64,000 nt of DNA from Azolla caroliniana. Taxonomy: Eukaryota; Plantae; Polypodiophyta. Shown in pieces: positions 36,101 through 48,226 of this stretch. The stretch covers positions 10,478,001 through 10,542,000 of the forward strand of contig JBHGNT010000022.1 of assembly GCA_043228905.1 (NCBI GenBank), given 5' to 3'. The notes under the pieces were generated by a model that made no database searches, was not told where the DNA came from, and was given only the letters and a program-made list of their open reading frames with translations. Made by a program: the position numbers and the translations under genes. Numbering within the stretch: position 1 is the stretch's first letter; each line of letters begins with the position of its first letter.

Positions 36101-38500
36101 CGAGTGACAATACTCCTCGAACTACCCTTGGTATTCACCTCCGTTATCTGCTCGAACTGCCTTCAGCTTCCAACCGGTTTCTCTTTCCACTCTCGCGTGG
36201 AGCTCTTTGAAGACGGATAACACCTGATCCTTCGTCTTCAACGGTGTGGCCCACAACTTCCGGCTATGGTCATCTATGAACGTCACGAAGTACTGCGATC
36301 CTGCATGTGACTTCGTGTCCACTTGACATACATCAGTATGCACCAACTCCAATGGTGCATTAATTCTCATCGGTGGCCTCGATCGGAAGGAGGTCCGGTT
36401 TTGTTTACCAGCCAGACAATCAGTGCACTTCTCCAAGTGCACGTTCTTCACTGGAATGAGGTTGTCATCTGCAAGCCTCCTCATCCCCTTCTCGCTCATG
36501 TGACACAACCTCTTGTGCCACAGCTCACCGGCAGTGTTGGATGCTATGTTCACGTCTTCCGGGCATAACCGGGCATTCATTAGGTACAACGTGTTTACCT
36601 TCCAGGCCCGAGCCACAATCAAGCTCCCTTTGCTAAACTTCATAACACCATTCCGGATGCTACCTGTGTAGCCTTCATCATCTAGCCGACTGGCTGATAT
36701 CAGGTTCAAACGAACCTCTGAAATGTGTCAGACATCCTTCAGCAGCAGCTTGCATCCGGTTGGCGTTGTCAACCACACGTCTCCTATGCCGACAATTCGG
36801 CATGTACCTTCATTCCCCATCTGGACACAGCCGTGATCACCGACTAAGTAGGATGAGAAGCATTTCCGGTCCGGGGTAAGGTGGAATGACGCTCCGGAGT
36901 CGACCACCCAGGTCATCTCGTCGCTAGCAAGGTTTATCTCACTCTCCTCGGTGATGAGCATCAACTCTTCTTCACTTGCCGCGATTGGCGTCGTTCCCTT
37001 CCGGTCCATTCCCCTCCGGTCTTTACCGTTCCGGTCCGGTGTCCGCTTCGAATCGGTACCGTTAGATTCCTTGTCTTTACGGAAATGCCGACAGTTCTTC
37101 TGGAAGTGTCCCGTCTTGCAGCAATAGAAGCAAGTAGGCCTCCCCCTTGACTTTGACCGTGTCCCCGACTTTTCCCGGTTCTGGGGACTATGGTTTCTAT
37201 GTCTTCCGCGTTCCGATTCGGTAAGGAGCGCTTTCGAGTCGGAGCTCATATCCTTATCTCTCCGATGCGCCTCCTCATCTAGCAAGCTCGACTTCACTCT
37301 TGCTAGGGATAACCGTTTCCCTCCTGGCCCGGCGTTGCCCAAAGTGACAACCAACGTCTCCCAGCTATCCGGGAGGGAACCGAGCAGGAGTAGCACTAGT
37401 ACCTCATCGGCGAGTGGTACTCCCAATGATGTTGCGTGGTGGATCAGCCCCTAGAAGGCATTCATGTGCTCCGCCATGCTGGAGCTATCTTGGTACCCGA
37501 GTCTTACTAGCTTCCAGAATACCGAAACCTGATTAACAACATTTTTGTTTTGAAACATAATGTCGATCTTCTCCCAGAGCTCATGAGCCTTGCTCTCTTC
37601 ATTGAAGTTGTTGTATAGGCTCATGTCGATGAAGCACAGTATGTAAGCCGTTGTCTTCATGTGCATCACCTCCCATATCGTGGCGTCGATTTTGTCCGGT
37701 CTCTTGTCCCCAAACTAAACCGGCAACCAAAGATCTTTAACCACGAGCATGTCCCTTATCATCGACTTCCACACCGAATAATTGGAGCCGGTGAGCTTGA
37801 ACATGCCTCCCAACGAATCATCCATTTTCTGTGTCGTTTTGCTCTGATACCACTTTGATAGGAACTACACGCTCTAATGAACAACGCTCGGCCCCAACCG
37901 AGCTTAGAATCAAACATAGAAAATGGGAATGAATGCACGACACAGTGAAGAGAAGAGTACACAGGATGTTTACGTGGAAAACCCAAACTAGGGAAAAACC
38001 ACGACAGCCCACAGGCTGCAAACTATCACTATGTTACAGTGTACAACAGTAAAGCACCAAGGCAACAACCTCGAGCTTTCTATCTTTGCCACAGGCGGCG
38101 GTTACAATTGCTCTCTCTCTCTCTCTCTGTACATAGTTACGCACTCTGATCTTATGCAAACAAGAATGACAACAACCTCAACTAAAGTCTGCCCTAAATC
38201 ATATTTATACTAATATGACTTTTCGGCTATTTACAAATATAGCCACGATGGACTCTCAGAAACATATTTACGAATATGTCTCTTCATCCGGTGAGCACTC
38301 CTCACCGGGCCTGCATCATCTGGCGCTTGCTAGGTACTCGTCATCCGGTTCTCACCGGCTCTGCACCATCCAGCTCTCCGTAGCCGGGTACTCTTCATCC
38401 GGTTCTCACCGGGTCTGCACCATCCGGCTCTTCGTAGCCGGGTACTCTTCATCTGGTTCTCACCGGGTCTTCACCATCCGGAGGGACTTGTTTCCTAACA
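33166..38500 (-). mobile_element. Copia C: full-length Tork/Tnt1-like Ty1/copia element with stop codons
   Basis: LTRs at 33166-33772 and 37856-38500, TSD ATGTT, tRNA-iMet PBS TGGTATCAGAGC at 37841-37852 and PPT GAAGGGGGAGTT. Domain order is gag-PR-INT-RT-RH. Confidence 0.95.
33783..37825 (-). pseudogene. Copia C gag-pol polyprotein
   Basis: Motifs CFYCCKTGHFQKNC, WVVDSGASFH, LWHKRLCHMS, ADNGGEY, LDVKTTFLHG, YVDD and ALSTTEAEY. Confidence 0.92.
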
Positions 38501-38939
38501 ATGTTTGTCCGAACAAATCCGGCCTTGCCGGCTCTTCTTTGGTTTGGGCCCAGTTGACCGGACCCTGCTCCAATCTTCGTCCGCATCGTCTTCCGTTCGT
38601 GTCGGATTATCGACCAGTTCATCTTCCGGTCGGGTCGGTTCCCTACTCTCTCCTCTTTGCCACCCCCGACCTCTCCGTCGGTCCTCTTGTACATGCCCGT
38701 TCGGGGCCTCGCATCCTCATCTTCGTACGTGTTCGCTCCGGGCCACGCCTCCTCACAGCCACCGCCCTTCTCTCCGGTCTTATGTTGGCATTCGAGCGCA
38801 ACCGCCATAGTCTCCGGTCTTGGTGTCGAGGGGTCTTTCCTCCGTCCGCTATGACCTTCCTCGTCATCGTTTCGGTCGTCCGCTTTGCCTCTGGCACCTT
38901 CCGTCTCTCCGGTCTCATGTGGGCTCTCGGGGCCGACCG

Positions 38940-39650
38940 CCGAAGTCTCTAGAATAGGTGTGGGAAAAGTCTCGGTACCATCACTCGCCGATGGCATGTT
39001 TGTAGCCACCTTCGTTCGGACACCGTGGTCTGTGGCTATCTCGTCCCTGGTTACGCAAGCCTCAGTTATGCTTGCTACCTCCTTGTCCTCATCCTCATCT
39101 CGGTTGCCCGCCTTGCCGCCGCCGCCGCCTGTCACTCTAGGTCTCACGCCGGCACTCGAGCCGACCGCCGGAGCCTCTAGGGCCGGTGTGGGTAAGGACT
39201 CGGCACCCCCACTCGTTGTGTCCGTAGCCGCCTCCGTCCGGACGTCGTTGTCCGCGGCTACCCCGCCTCCGATCGCGCAAGCCTCGATTACGCTTGCCGC
39301 CGTCTCTTCCATGTCATCGTCTCGGTTGCCCGCCTTGCCGCCGCCACCGCCCATTGCTCTAGGTCTCACACCGGCACTCGGGCACACCGCCAGAGCCTCT
39401 AGGACCAATGTGGGTAGGGACCCGGAACCACCGCTCGTTGTGTCCGTAGCTGCCTCCGTCCAGACATCGTTGTCCGCGGCTACCCCGCCTCCGATCGCGC
39501 AAGCCTCGATTACACTTGCCGCTGACTCTTCCTCGATCTCCTTGCCATGGTCTTGGTTGCCCTCCTTGCCGCCGCCACCGTTCATCATTCTAGGTCTCAC
39601 ACCGGCTCTCGGGCCGGATGCCCGAGTCTCTAGAATCGGTCTGGGTAAGG
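38940..39650 (-). repeat. Tandem array of ~220-230 bp GC-rich units (three full plus one partial) within the E7 ORF
   Basis: The repeated peptide is P..LE..A.G..AGVRPR..GGGGKAGNRD..E..ASVIEAC..GGGVAADNDV.TEAATDTTSGG. Confidence 0.85.
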
Positions 39651-42600
39651 TCCTGGCACCACCGCTCGTCTCCTCCCCGCTCGATGTTTTGGGCCATCGT
39701 GTCCCAAAACCTCCGCCCACTCTCGAAGTGGTGCTCCCCGCTTCATAGTCACCGGCCTCGTCCATGGTCGTCCCTTTTCCGCAAGACGAGAGGGTCGCTT
39801 GCCCTGCACCCTCTCCCACGTCGTAAATGTTTTGGTTCTGTCAGTTGTATCAGTGTGCTCCCGATTGCAATGTCGGACGTGTCAACGAACACATGGAACT
39901 CTTTCGACCAATCCGGAGGTTGCACCACCGGAGCTTGTGACAACAGTACTTTTAGTGCATCCATCGAAACGGTGTCTGATGTACTATGGCATGCAGTGGT
40001 GTAGCCAGGTCTGCTAGATACCGGAGCATTCGGCTATGCCACCGAATTTGTCCTAAGAACCGGTTTAGTGCCTTTGCCGTGGCTGGTGCCGTTGCCTCCA
40101 GGATTGCTTTTACTTTGTCCGGATCTACTGCGATACCGTCCTTGCTTACTATATGGCCTAGTAACGCTCCGCTGGTTACTCTGAACACGCATTTTTCCGG
40201 GTTCAGGCTTAGTCGTTAAACCTTACATTTTTCTAGACATAGTCGGAGGTGCTGAAGGTGATCCCCGTCCTGGCTATAAACAACGAAGTCATCCAAAAAC
40301 ACCTACATGAATGCCAGAATGAATTCCCCGAAAATTTCCATGATGATGCGTTGGAAGGTTGCCAGTGCCGTTTTTAGTTCGAACATCATCACTACGGCAA
40401 CAAAGACTCCCCATTCGGTGACAAAAGCGGTTTTCTCCTAGTCGGCGGGGTGCATCTAGATCTGATTATAGCCGCTGAAACCATCGAGAAAATTGTACAC
40501 CTTATGACCGGCGACCGCATCTAGGACTCCATCCGTGAATGGAAGTGGGAAGGCGTCTGTTACCATAGCCGCATTCAATTCCCGGTAGTCGACACACACT
40601 CCGATCTTACCGTTCTTTTTGGGTACTACCACTATCGGGCTGAGCCATGTGGCTTTCTTTACCGGTCGGATGAAGCCCACTCTCAGCAACTTGTCAATTT
40701 CTTCTTTGACCTTTGCTGTGTAATTCGGGTTCATCCGGTAACGTCGTTGCGCTACCGGTTTGGCGTCTTTGCTTAGATGTAATTGGTGTTGATATAATTG
40801 AGGATCGAATCCCGGCATGTCTTCGTAGGACCAGGTCAACACATTGTGAAAATCTTTTAGGAGTGTGATCATTGCCGTTTTGTTCTCCGAAGTCATTTCC
40901 TTGGCGATGTGCACCGGTCTTGTGTCCTCTGTGGTACCTAGGTTTACCTCTTCTAGTTGGGATGCTTTCACGCACTGTGATACTGCCATTTCTTTTTCCA
41001 GGGTCTCCTGTGCTTGCCGTAATTCTTGGATTGCCTCTTTATCCGGTTCCTCGTCGGTCCCGTCCGGTTGCAGTACGTACGTTGATACTGCTTCGGCTAC
41101 ATCAATCTCGAACACAAGTACAATCTTCGGATTTTCATGTAAGTATTGATCGACATCTTTGTCCGCCAATCCTTCCAGCATGTTAACACATTCCACATAT
41201 AGCGGCGTTGATTCCTTGCCGGTACCGGATCGTGGTTGAGTCGGTACTCGTACTTTCACTTTTCCATGCCGGAACGTAATTATGTTCTTCTTCCAATTTT
41301 GCTTTATGTGTGTTGTTTTTAACCAGGGCCATCCAAACAATAGTGGGTAAGCTCCCTAAGCTTGTAGCTGGAGAACTACTGTGGAAATGTGAAATGTGTG
41401 ACCCCCGATGGTCACTTCCAGATCGTGTATTAATCCGGTCGGCCGTATTGAGCTAGTGTCCGCCATTCGAAGCCAAAAATGACACGGTTCCCAGTCCTGG
41501 ATTCCTGGCGTGTTACACGTTCGGAGGCTGATCACGTTCACGCCGGATCCTCCATCGATAATCGTGCCGGGTAGCTCTTTTCCCTTCACGATGGCTATGA
41601 TTGTTGGACTGCTTGTGACCACCACTGCCGGTCCTTCCTCCGGATTTGAAAAGAATGCCGGAGTCGGTGGTGTGTCAGTTGTCGTCCTTCCAGTCTTCAG
41701 TGCTTCCGTGAACCGTGGTACCAGTTGCAATAGCTGGCCTAACGGCAGCGTGATTTGGCATTCCTGTAACGCCTACCATGTTGGGTTTCCGGGTTGCCCC
41801 GGGCTGGTGAGCTCTTCGGCATTCTCCTTTTGTTGTTCGAGCTCAGCCGCATTCCGTTCATTTGCCTTCTTCACCCATTCGGTTGCCTACTTCCAGATGG
41901 CTTCTTGAGTTTCCCACTCCGTGGCTTTGCCTTTTGATCTTGTAGTGACTTGTTGTATGTCCGCAACTTCCGCATCTACCATGTTCACCGCTGGTCGTTT
42001 GTTGTAGCTCTTCGTCGGACATTGATTACTATAGTGACCCTCTTGCCGGCAATAATAGTAGTACGGCTTCCGGGTGTTGCTGGATTCGGCGTGTGTGCTT
42101 GGTGGCAGACCGGGGGCAAGTGCTTGGTTTTGGTCTGGTTGGCTGCTCGGAGCGCCCTTTTCCGGTTCTCATGGATGGCCCCCCTTTTTGTTGAAATGAC
42201 GTTTCTTATTGAAATTCTTTTTGTTGCGTATCCTTGCCGGGGCTGGTCGTCATCCTTGCCATAGTCGTCTCATCGATGGTTGTAACTAGGGGAATGATCC
42301 TGGTTATATCTTTCATACCGTCCATTATAGTCTCAGTATCTATCCTGTCTATCATACGGGTCATATGCGTCTCTTCGGTTGCTATACCATGTTATTCGCT
42401 AGCCGGACAAGGCCTAACACAAGGTGTCACGGAGACACTTCACCAAAGGGTGATTACGGCATAGGATTAAGATTCAACGATTACACCAACTTACTTAGGT
42501 TACACGATTAGAATGCTTTGGTTAATTACACGCGTAAGATATAACAGTAATTACAGAACGGAAATCAACATAGAAGTATAAACATCATAAGCTCTATTAA

Positions 42601-42860
42601 TTATCCGCTGTGATTACAATGGGGTCCGGGCCTTTAAATAGGTTTCCGGCCCGTAGTACAAAACGGTGCCTCTCGCACCTATTCGGGATCCGTCCGCATC
42701 TGGAACGGCATACCGTTTCCAGTCCGTCCGTCCACACTATGCTCATTTACAACTATATTTAATTAATTCCTTCACTCCGTATTTTGGACTCCTTGCCGGC
42801 CGGTAACACATGGCACGCCCGTGGGACAGTACCTTGTACGTCGAACCCTTCTCGGCCCCT

Positions 42861-45800
42861 TCATTGTTCACCCAAATTGTCCAAAATACTTTGTTCAAGA
42901 ATTTCCACTTGTTCTTCCGGTTGTGGTTGTTGCGGCTGTGCTTGCTGCTGCTGTTGCGGTTGGGACTGCGGTTGTTCCGGCTGCTCTATAGGCGGCTGCT
43001 CCGTTTGTTTCTCTGACTCCGGCTGCTCCGTTTGTTTCTCTGACTGTGGCTGCTCCGTTTGACTGCTTCCGGTCCGGTCTCCTTCCAGTAACGGTTCCTC
43101 ATCACTGAGGTTGACCGTAACCGGTTCTCGTTCTTTCTCTCCACGGATCCGGGACCTCTCAGAGCTTTCAAACTGGATCTGCGCCTCCAGCTTGTCGTCG
43201 TCCAGCTGAGCTACAAGTTGCCGGACTTGCCCTAGTTGGTCGTCTGCCAAGGCTTGAAAGTCTTCGGCAAGCTCATCTCTTATGCTGGTGAAGTCTTCGG
43301 AAGTCAACATATAGCAATCATCTCCCTCCTTCCGCCGGTTCTCTACGTCGGCCTGGAGCAGTTGGAGTTCCGCCGCGTTCGTGGCCCACTTGGTCCACCA
43401 TTTGACGGAACCATTGTCAATCAAGCTCTTGGTCTGGTTCAACCAGGCCCGCATTATATCCTGGATACGACTTGCTCCCATTTGCGCTCTACTTTCCACC
43501 ACTTGTCGCTCCTCCTTCAACTGCTTGATGAGATTCGCCGTATCCTCCGCCTGCTCTCTGTAGCGCGTCAGCTGCCCTTGATATGTCGTTTGCAGCCTCT
43601 GCAGTACCTCCGCCGCTCTTTCTTTTTCCGCCTGCTGTTTCCTGAGGAGCTCTGTCCGAACCTTCTCCGCCTCTTCCAACCGTCTTCTGGTTTCCGCTTG
43701 TTCCTTGGCGAATTCGGTTGCGGTCCGATCAACTGCTTGCCGGAGCTCATCCGTCCGTTCCTTGTGCTCCGTTTGCAACCGTTTATACTCCCTTCCAACC
43801 GTCTTCTGGTTTCCGCTTGTTCCTTGGCGAATTCGGTTGCGGTCCGATCAACTGCTTGCCGGAGCTCATCCGTCCGTTCCTTGTGCTCCGTTTGCAACCG
43901 TTTATACTCCCGGTGCAAGTTCTCAAATTCCTCTGTTTTTTGTTTGAGCTTGCCGTTGATCTGGCGATGGTTCCGGTCCTCCCGGTCCTTTACCTGCCGG
44001 AGTTCCTCTTTCAGGCGCTCTACTTCTGTTTCGGCGTTCCTCCGGAGCCTGTCCTTCTCTTGCAGCATTTTCTCCTTCTCCTCCTTGAGCCGGTCGTACG
44101 CTTGGTGGCCTTTCCGTAAGCTCTCCTCGACCCGGCGTAGATTCTCAACAGTCTTTTTGAGTTCTGCCTCCGCTGCCGTCTTCAATTCTCTTTCGCGGCT
44201 CCTCAGCGCTTCTTGGGCAGCTAGCTCATCCTTTAAATCCGCAAGCTCTTGGGCTTGTGCCGCATTTCTTTCCGGAACGGTTTTCGTTGCCGGGGTCTGA
44301 TTGCTATGTACAGGTTGATCTGACGCCTTATTCTGTACATTGCTCGGAGTCACCGGTGCTTGGACCTGTGTTGTCAAAGCGAATTGAGCCATTTCCCTTG
44401 TGACCCTGTCCAAGTCTTGTTCAAGGCTCCGGATTCTGGACCGGGCCGTCTCTAGATCTACGGTTGTGACGAGCAACCGTTCGTTGTGCGCTCTCTCCTC
44501 CGCCTCTATGTACTCGACCGCTCCGGCGATCTGCTCACCTACCCACCGTAGCCACATGCTACTGGTGCCTTGCTGCTGTACTGGTCCTACTCCTTGGCCG
44601 CCGTGTGTGCTGGCTGGGCTCGCCGGCTGTTGAGTTCCGGTTCTCGCCGTCTCCGAAGCCGTTGGGATGACTTCTTCTATAGAAGTCGACAAGGCCGGTT
44701 CCATACGCACCGGTTCCGGTTCCTCCCTTGTGGTTTGCTCAGGTTGAGTTGGGGGCGTCGTTTCTTCCTCTTGCGGGTACGAACGCTCCCCGGCGGTCCT
44801 ACTTCTTGACCGTCGTTGGAGGTGCTCTTCTGCCTCCTCCGTTTCCTCTTCCTGGGTAACGACATGTTTCTGTGCCGTCAAGGGTTCCGGTTCCTTCTGT
44901 CCCGGTCGCCGTATGGTTATCTTAACGGGTCGGACCGGTGACACCTCCTCCGGTTCTGGGACCCGTTTCTTCCCCTTCGTCGCCTTCGACGCCAGCAGCT
45001 GCTGTCGTTTGGACGCCGGCTTCGAGGTGCTTCCTTCCGATACTCTTGGCCGCTTCTTTGGCTGAACGGTTTGGACCGGCGGCACGAGCAATGTTATCCA
45101 CTGAGCTACGGCATGCCACAGCTTCCGGCCCTCCTTGCCGTCCTTCCCTCGTACCATGTCGATTGCCACGCACAAACCGTCTGCAATCAACACTGGCCAA
45201 TCCACCTTGGTCCCTTCATAGGTGGCTATGATCATCCCTGCCCGATTTTTTGGCATGACAGGGGGTCGGGGGTACACGTGGCCGTACTCATGGAGCACTC
45301 GAGCTATCTCCCTGAATAGCGGATCTTCGCCGCCCTGCGTTCGATAGCCTTTGCCGGCAACAGAGTACTCACCGAAATATCGGATGAGTTGCTCCGGGGT
45401 TGGGTTATCGATCTAAAAGATACCTCCCTCCAGAAGGCTTGTTAGCGCACGGATCGCTTCCTCGGTGATGACTTCTGTGTCGAGCTCCTTGATGACCCGG
45501 TCGGCTTCTCTGTGCGGTGGTGCCTCCAAGTACTGGGCTTCTTCGTCGTCTGCCAACCCTTCCAGCATGTTCACGCATTCCGCATATAGTGGTGTGCATT
45601 CCTTACCGTTGCTCGTCCGTGGTTGTGTCGGAACCCGGACCTTGGCTTTTCCGCGCCGGAAGGTAATCATATTTTTCCGCCAATTTTGCTTGATGTGTGC
45701 TGTTTTCAACCATGGTCTGCCCAGCAACAGTGGGTACGCGCCTTGCGTCTGTAGCTGCAGCACTACAGCCGAGATGTGAAATGTGTGACCTCCTATGGTG

Positions 45801-48226
45801 ACTTCCAATTTCCGTATTAAGCCCGTCGGCCGTACAGAGCTCGTATCCGCCATCCGTAGCCAGAACGGACATGGCTCCCATTCATGTATACCCAAGGCAT
45901 TACACGTGTGGAGGCTTATTACGTTCACCCCGGAACCTCCATCGATTACTGTGCCGGGAAGTTCGTGCCCTTTGACAATAGCTGTAATCACCGGACTACT
46001 AGTGTCCACCACCGTCGGTCCCTCCTCCGGGTTCGAGAAGAGGACTGGTGCCGGTGGGGCTATACCGTCTGTCATGGCCGTTTTTAGTCCTTCCGTAAAG
46101 CGCGGTACGAGCTGCAAGAGTCGTCCTAACGGCAACGTGATCTGACATTCTTGCAGTGCTTGCCATGTCTCGTTTTCTGGGTGGCTACCGCCGGCACTCC
46201 CTATGGTATTCGCCTTTTGCCGTTCCGCGTCCGCGACGTTCCTTTCATTGGCTTCCTTCACCCATTCCGTCGCCTGTTTTCGTATGGCCTCTTGTGTTTC
46301 CCACTCTTTGGCCATGCCTTTCGACCGTGTGGTTACTTGCTGTATATCCGCCACTTCCGGAACCACCATATTAACTGCTGGTAGTTTCTCGTAGCTCTTT
46401 ACCGGGCACTGGTTACTGTAGTGGCCTTCCTGCCTGCAGTAGTAGCAGTACTCTTTACGGGTATTGCTGGATTCAGCATTGCTGGTAGCCGGAGTCGGTC
46501 CCGTAGTGAGTGGTGCGTTCTGTGCCGGTTGGCTCCTTGGGGTTCCATGTTCCGGGTCCCTAGGGTGACCACCTTTCTTGAAATTACGTTTCTTATTATT
46601 CTTATTTTTATTTCGGTAGTCCTGTCGTGGTGGATCGTAAAATCGGCCGTAGTCCTCCTGGTGCCTTCGGTAACCAGGGGAATGGTCTCTGTCGTATTGC
46701 TCGTGTCGCCTGTTGGGCTCCCGATAACGGTCCGATCGCTCATACCGGTCGTAGTTATCATGCCGATTCCCATACCGGCTATCATTCTCTTGTCTGTCTC
46801 CGTACCGGACATCCTGTGCCGGTCGGTACCGGTTCAGTTTTTGCCAACGATCTTCATCTTCGTCTCGGCTGTTTCTTGGCTCGATCCGTCGGACGGGTGG
46901 TGCTTGTCGGTTTAGCAGGTTATACTCGCACCGGTCCGTTGTATGACTCTTGGATTGGCAAATCACACACTGGGTTCGCATGGTGCACTCCACTGCCGAG
47001 TGTCCGGCATTTAAGCAGATTGTGCATTGAATCGCCTGCCGGAACCGGAGATCTTCCTTGGTGGGTAACGCCCGTTGCAGTGTTCCCAGTGTAAGCCATG
47101 AGCTTGACTTTTCCATTTCTCTGACCCGGTCAATGACCTGGTCAATGGTGCTTCCTCGAAAGTCGATTACCGTACACACCGTGCGTAACGGTTCCCGGAG
47201 TGCGTTTAAAAATATCGTCCGTAATTCCTCCTCCGGGGGTGCACGGGTAAGCTGGCTATGCATTCGTTGGAAACGGATGACGAATTGGGGAATGCTTTCC
47301 CCTGCCTCCTGTCGGATCGTATAAAACAGGCCCACCATTGTCGTCTGGTCGACCTCCTTGTGGAAAAAATGCAAGAATTTTGCTTTTAATTCTGCAAAGG
47401 TTGTGATGGTCGCCGGGTCCTGCGTTCGTCGCCATCGTGTCGCTGGTCCTTCCAACGTGACCCCGAATTCCGCTATCTTCGAGCGTTCTTCTTCCTCCGG
47501 TGTCATTCGCTAGGACGTGTGATTTGCTTCCCATGTCTGCTTGAAGGCATGAACATGCGCTTCCGCGTCCGGGTCATCGCGATACTTTGAGTATTGGAAC
47601 GGCATGTCGTCGTCCAGTATTAGGCCGCGGTTTAGTGGCGTTTGTTGATATCTTTCCGGTTTTCTCTCCGGTTCCACTTCCGGTTCTTTTGCCGGTGCTT
47701 TTTCCGGTTCCTTTTCCGGTTCTTTTTCCGGTTCCTTTGCCGGCTCTTTCGTTGGTGTCGGTGGCTTTGCTTCTGCCACTTCCGGTGTTGGTGGGTTGAC
47801 GGCTTCCGTTTGCGGTTCCGGATAGCCCTGATCGAGCGGTTCCGGTTCTGGAGTCGGCACGGTATCCGACCCGTCGTCCTCCGGGCCGCCGGGGGTATCG
47901 TTGCTGCTCCTGTAGTTCGTGTGCACGCTGTATCCCCCTTCGGAATCCGATTCGTAGGCTGAAAAGGCTTCTGCCTCGTTTTCTCCGCCTGCCAGTGCCT
48001 CAAGGAGGCGTTCGGTTTCCCGGAGACTACTTAGACTGCTTCCGTCGTCCTGGTCGCGAGTTTGCCGTAACCGAAGAGATTCCTCCGCGACTCTCCGGAT
48101 CTCGTTGGAGAACGAACGATCCGAGCGAATTTCCTGCACTGCTTGCTGGAAAGTCTCACGCCGTCTTTGCCGTTCGGCGAGGCGTCGAGCTCGGTCTGTA
48201 ACCAAGTCGTGCGTTGGTCTAGTCAT
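42861..48226 (-). pseudogene. E6 gag-protease fused in frame to the extra ORF (two point stops and a 119-bp duplication frameshift)
   Basis: ORFs 47510..48226, 45413..47506, 43568..45298 and 42861..43778. The junction reads EEAQYL|EAPPHREADR. Confidence 0.85.
43673..43910. repeat. Perfect 119-bp tandem duplication
   Basis: cttccaaccgtc...tttatactcc occurs at 43673-43791 and again at 43792-43910. Confidence 0.92.

Larger units (their letters stand above)
30975..39822 (-). mobile_element. E7: degenerate, apparently non-autonomous LTR element (3' LTR 30975-31506 plus low-complexity repetitive ORF), 5'-truncated and interrupted by Copia C
   Basis: On the minus strand the PPT GTGGGGGCGGC is followed by TATCGTG (~TGTCGTG) at 31506. 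The 3' end SWNIPVDVRFCGGG resembles SWHMPEDVRFGGGG at 63240. ORF 38449..39819 continues at 33160 across the TSD. Confidence 0.65.
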
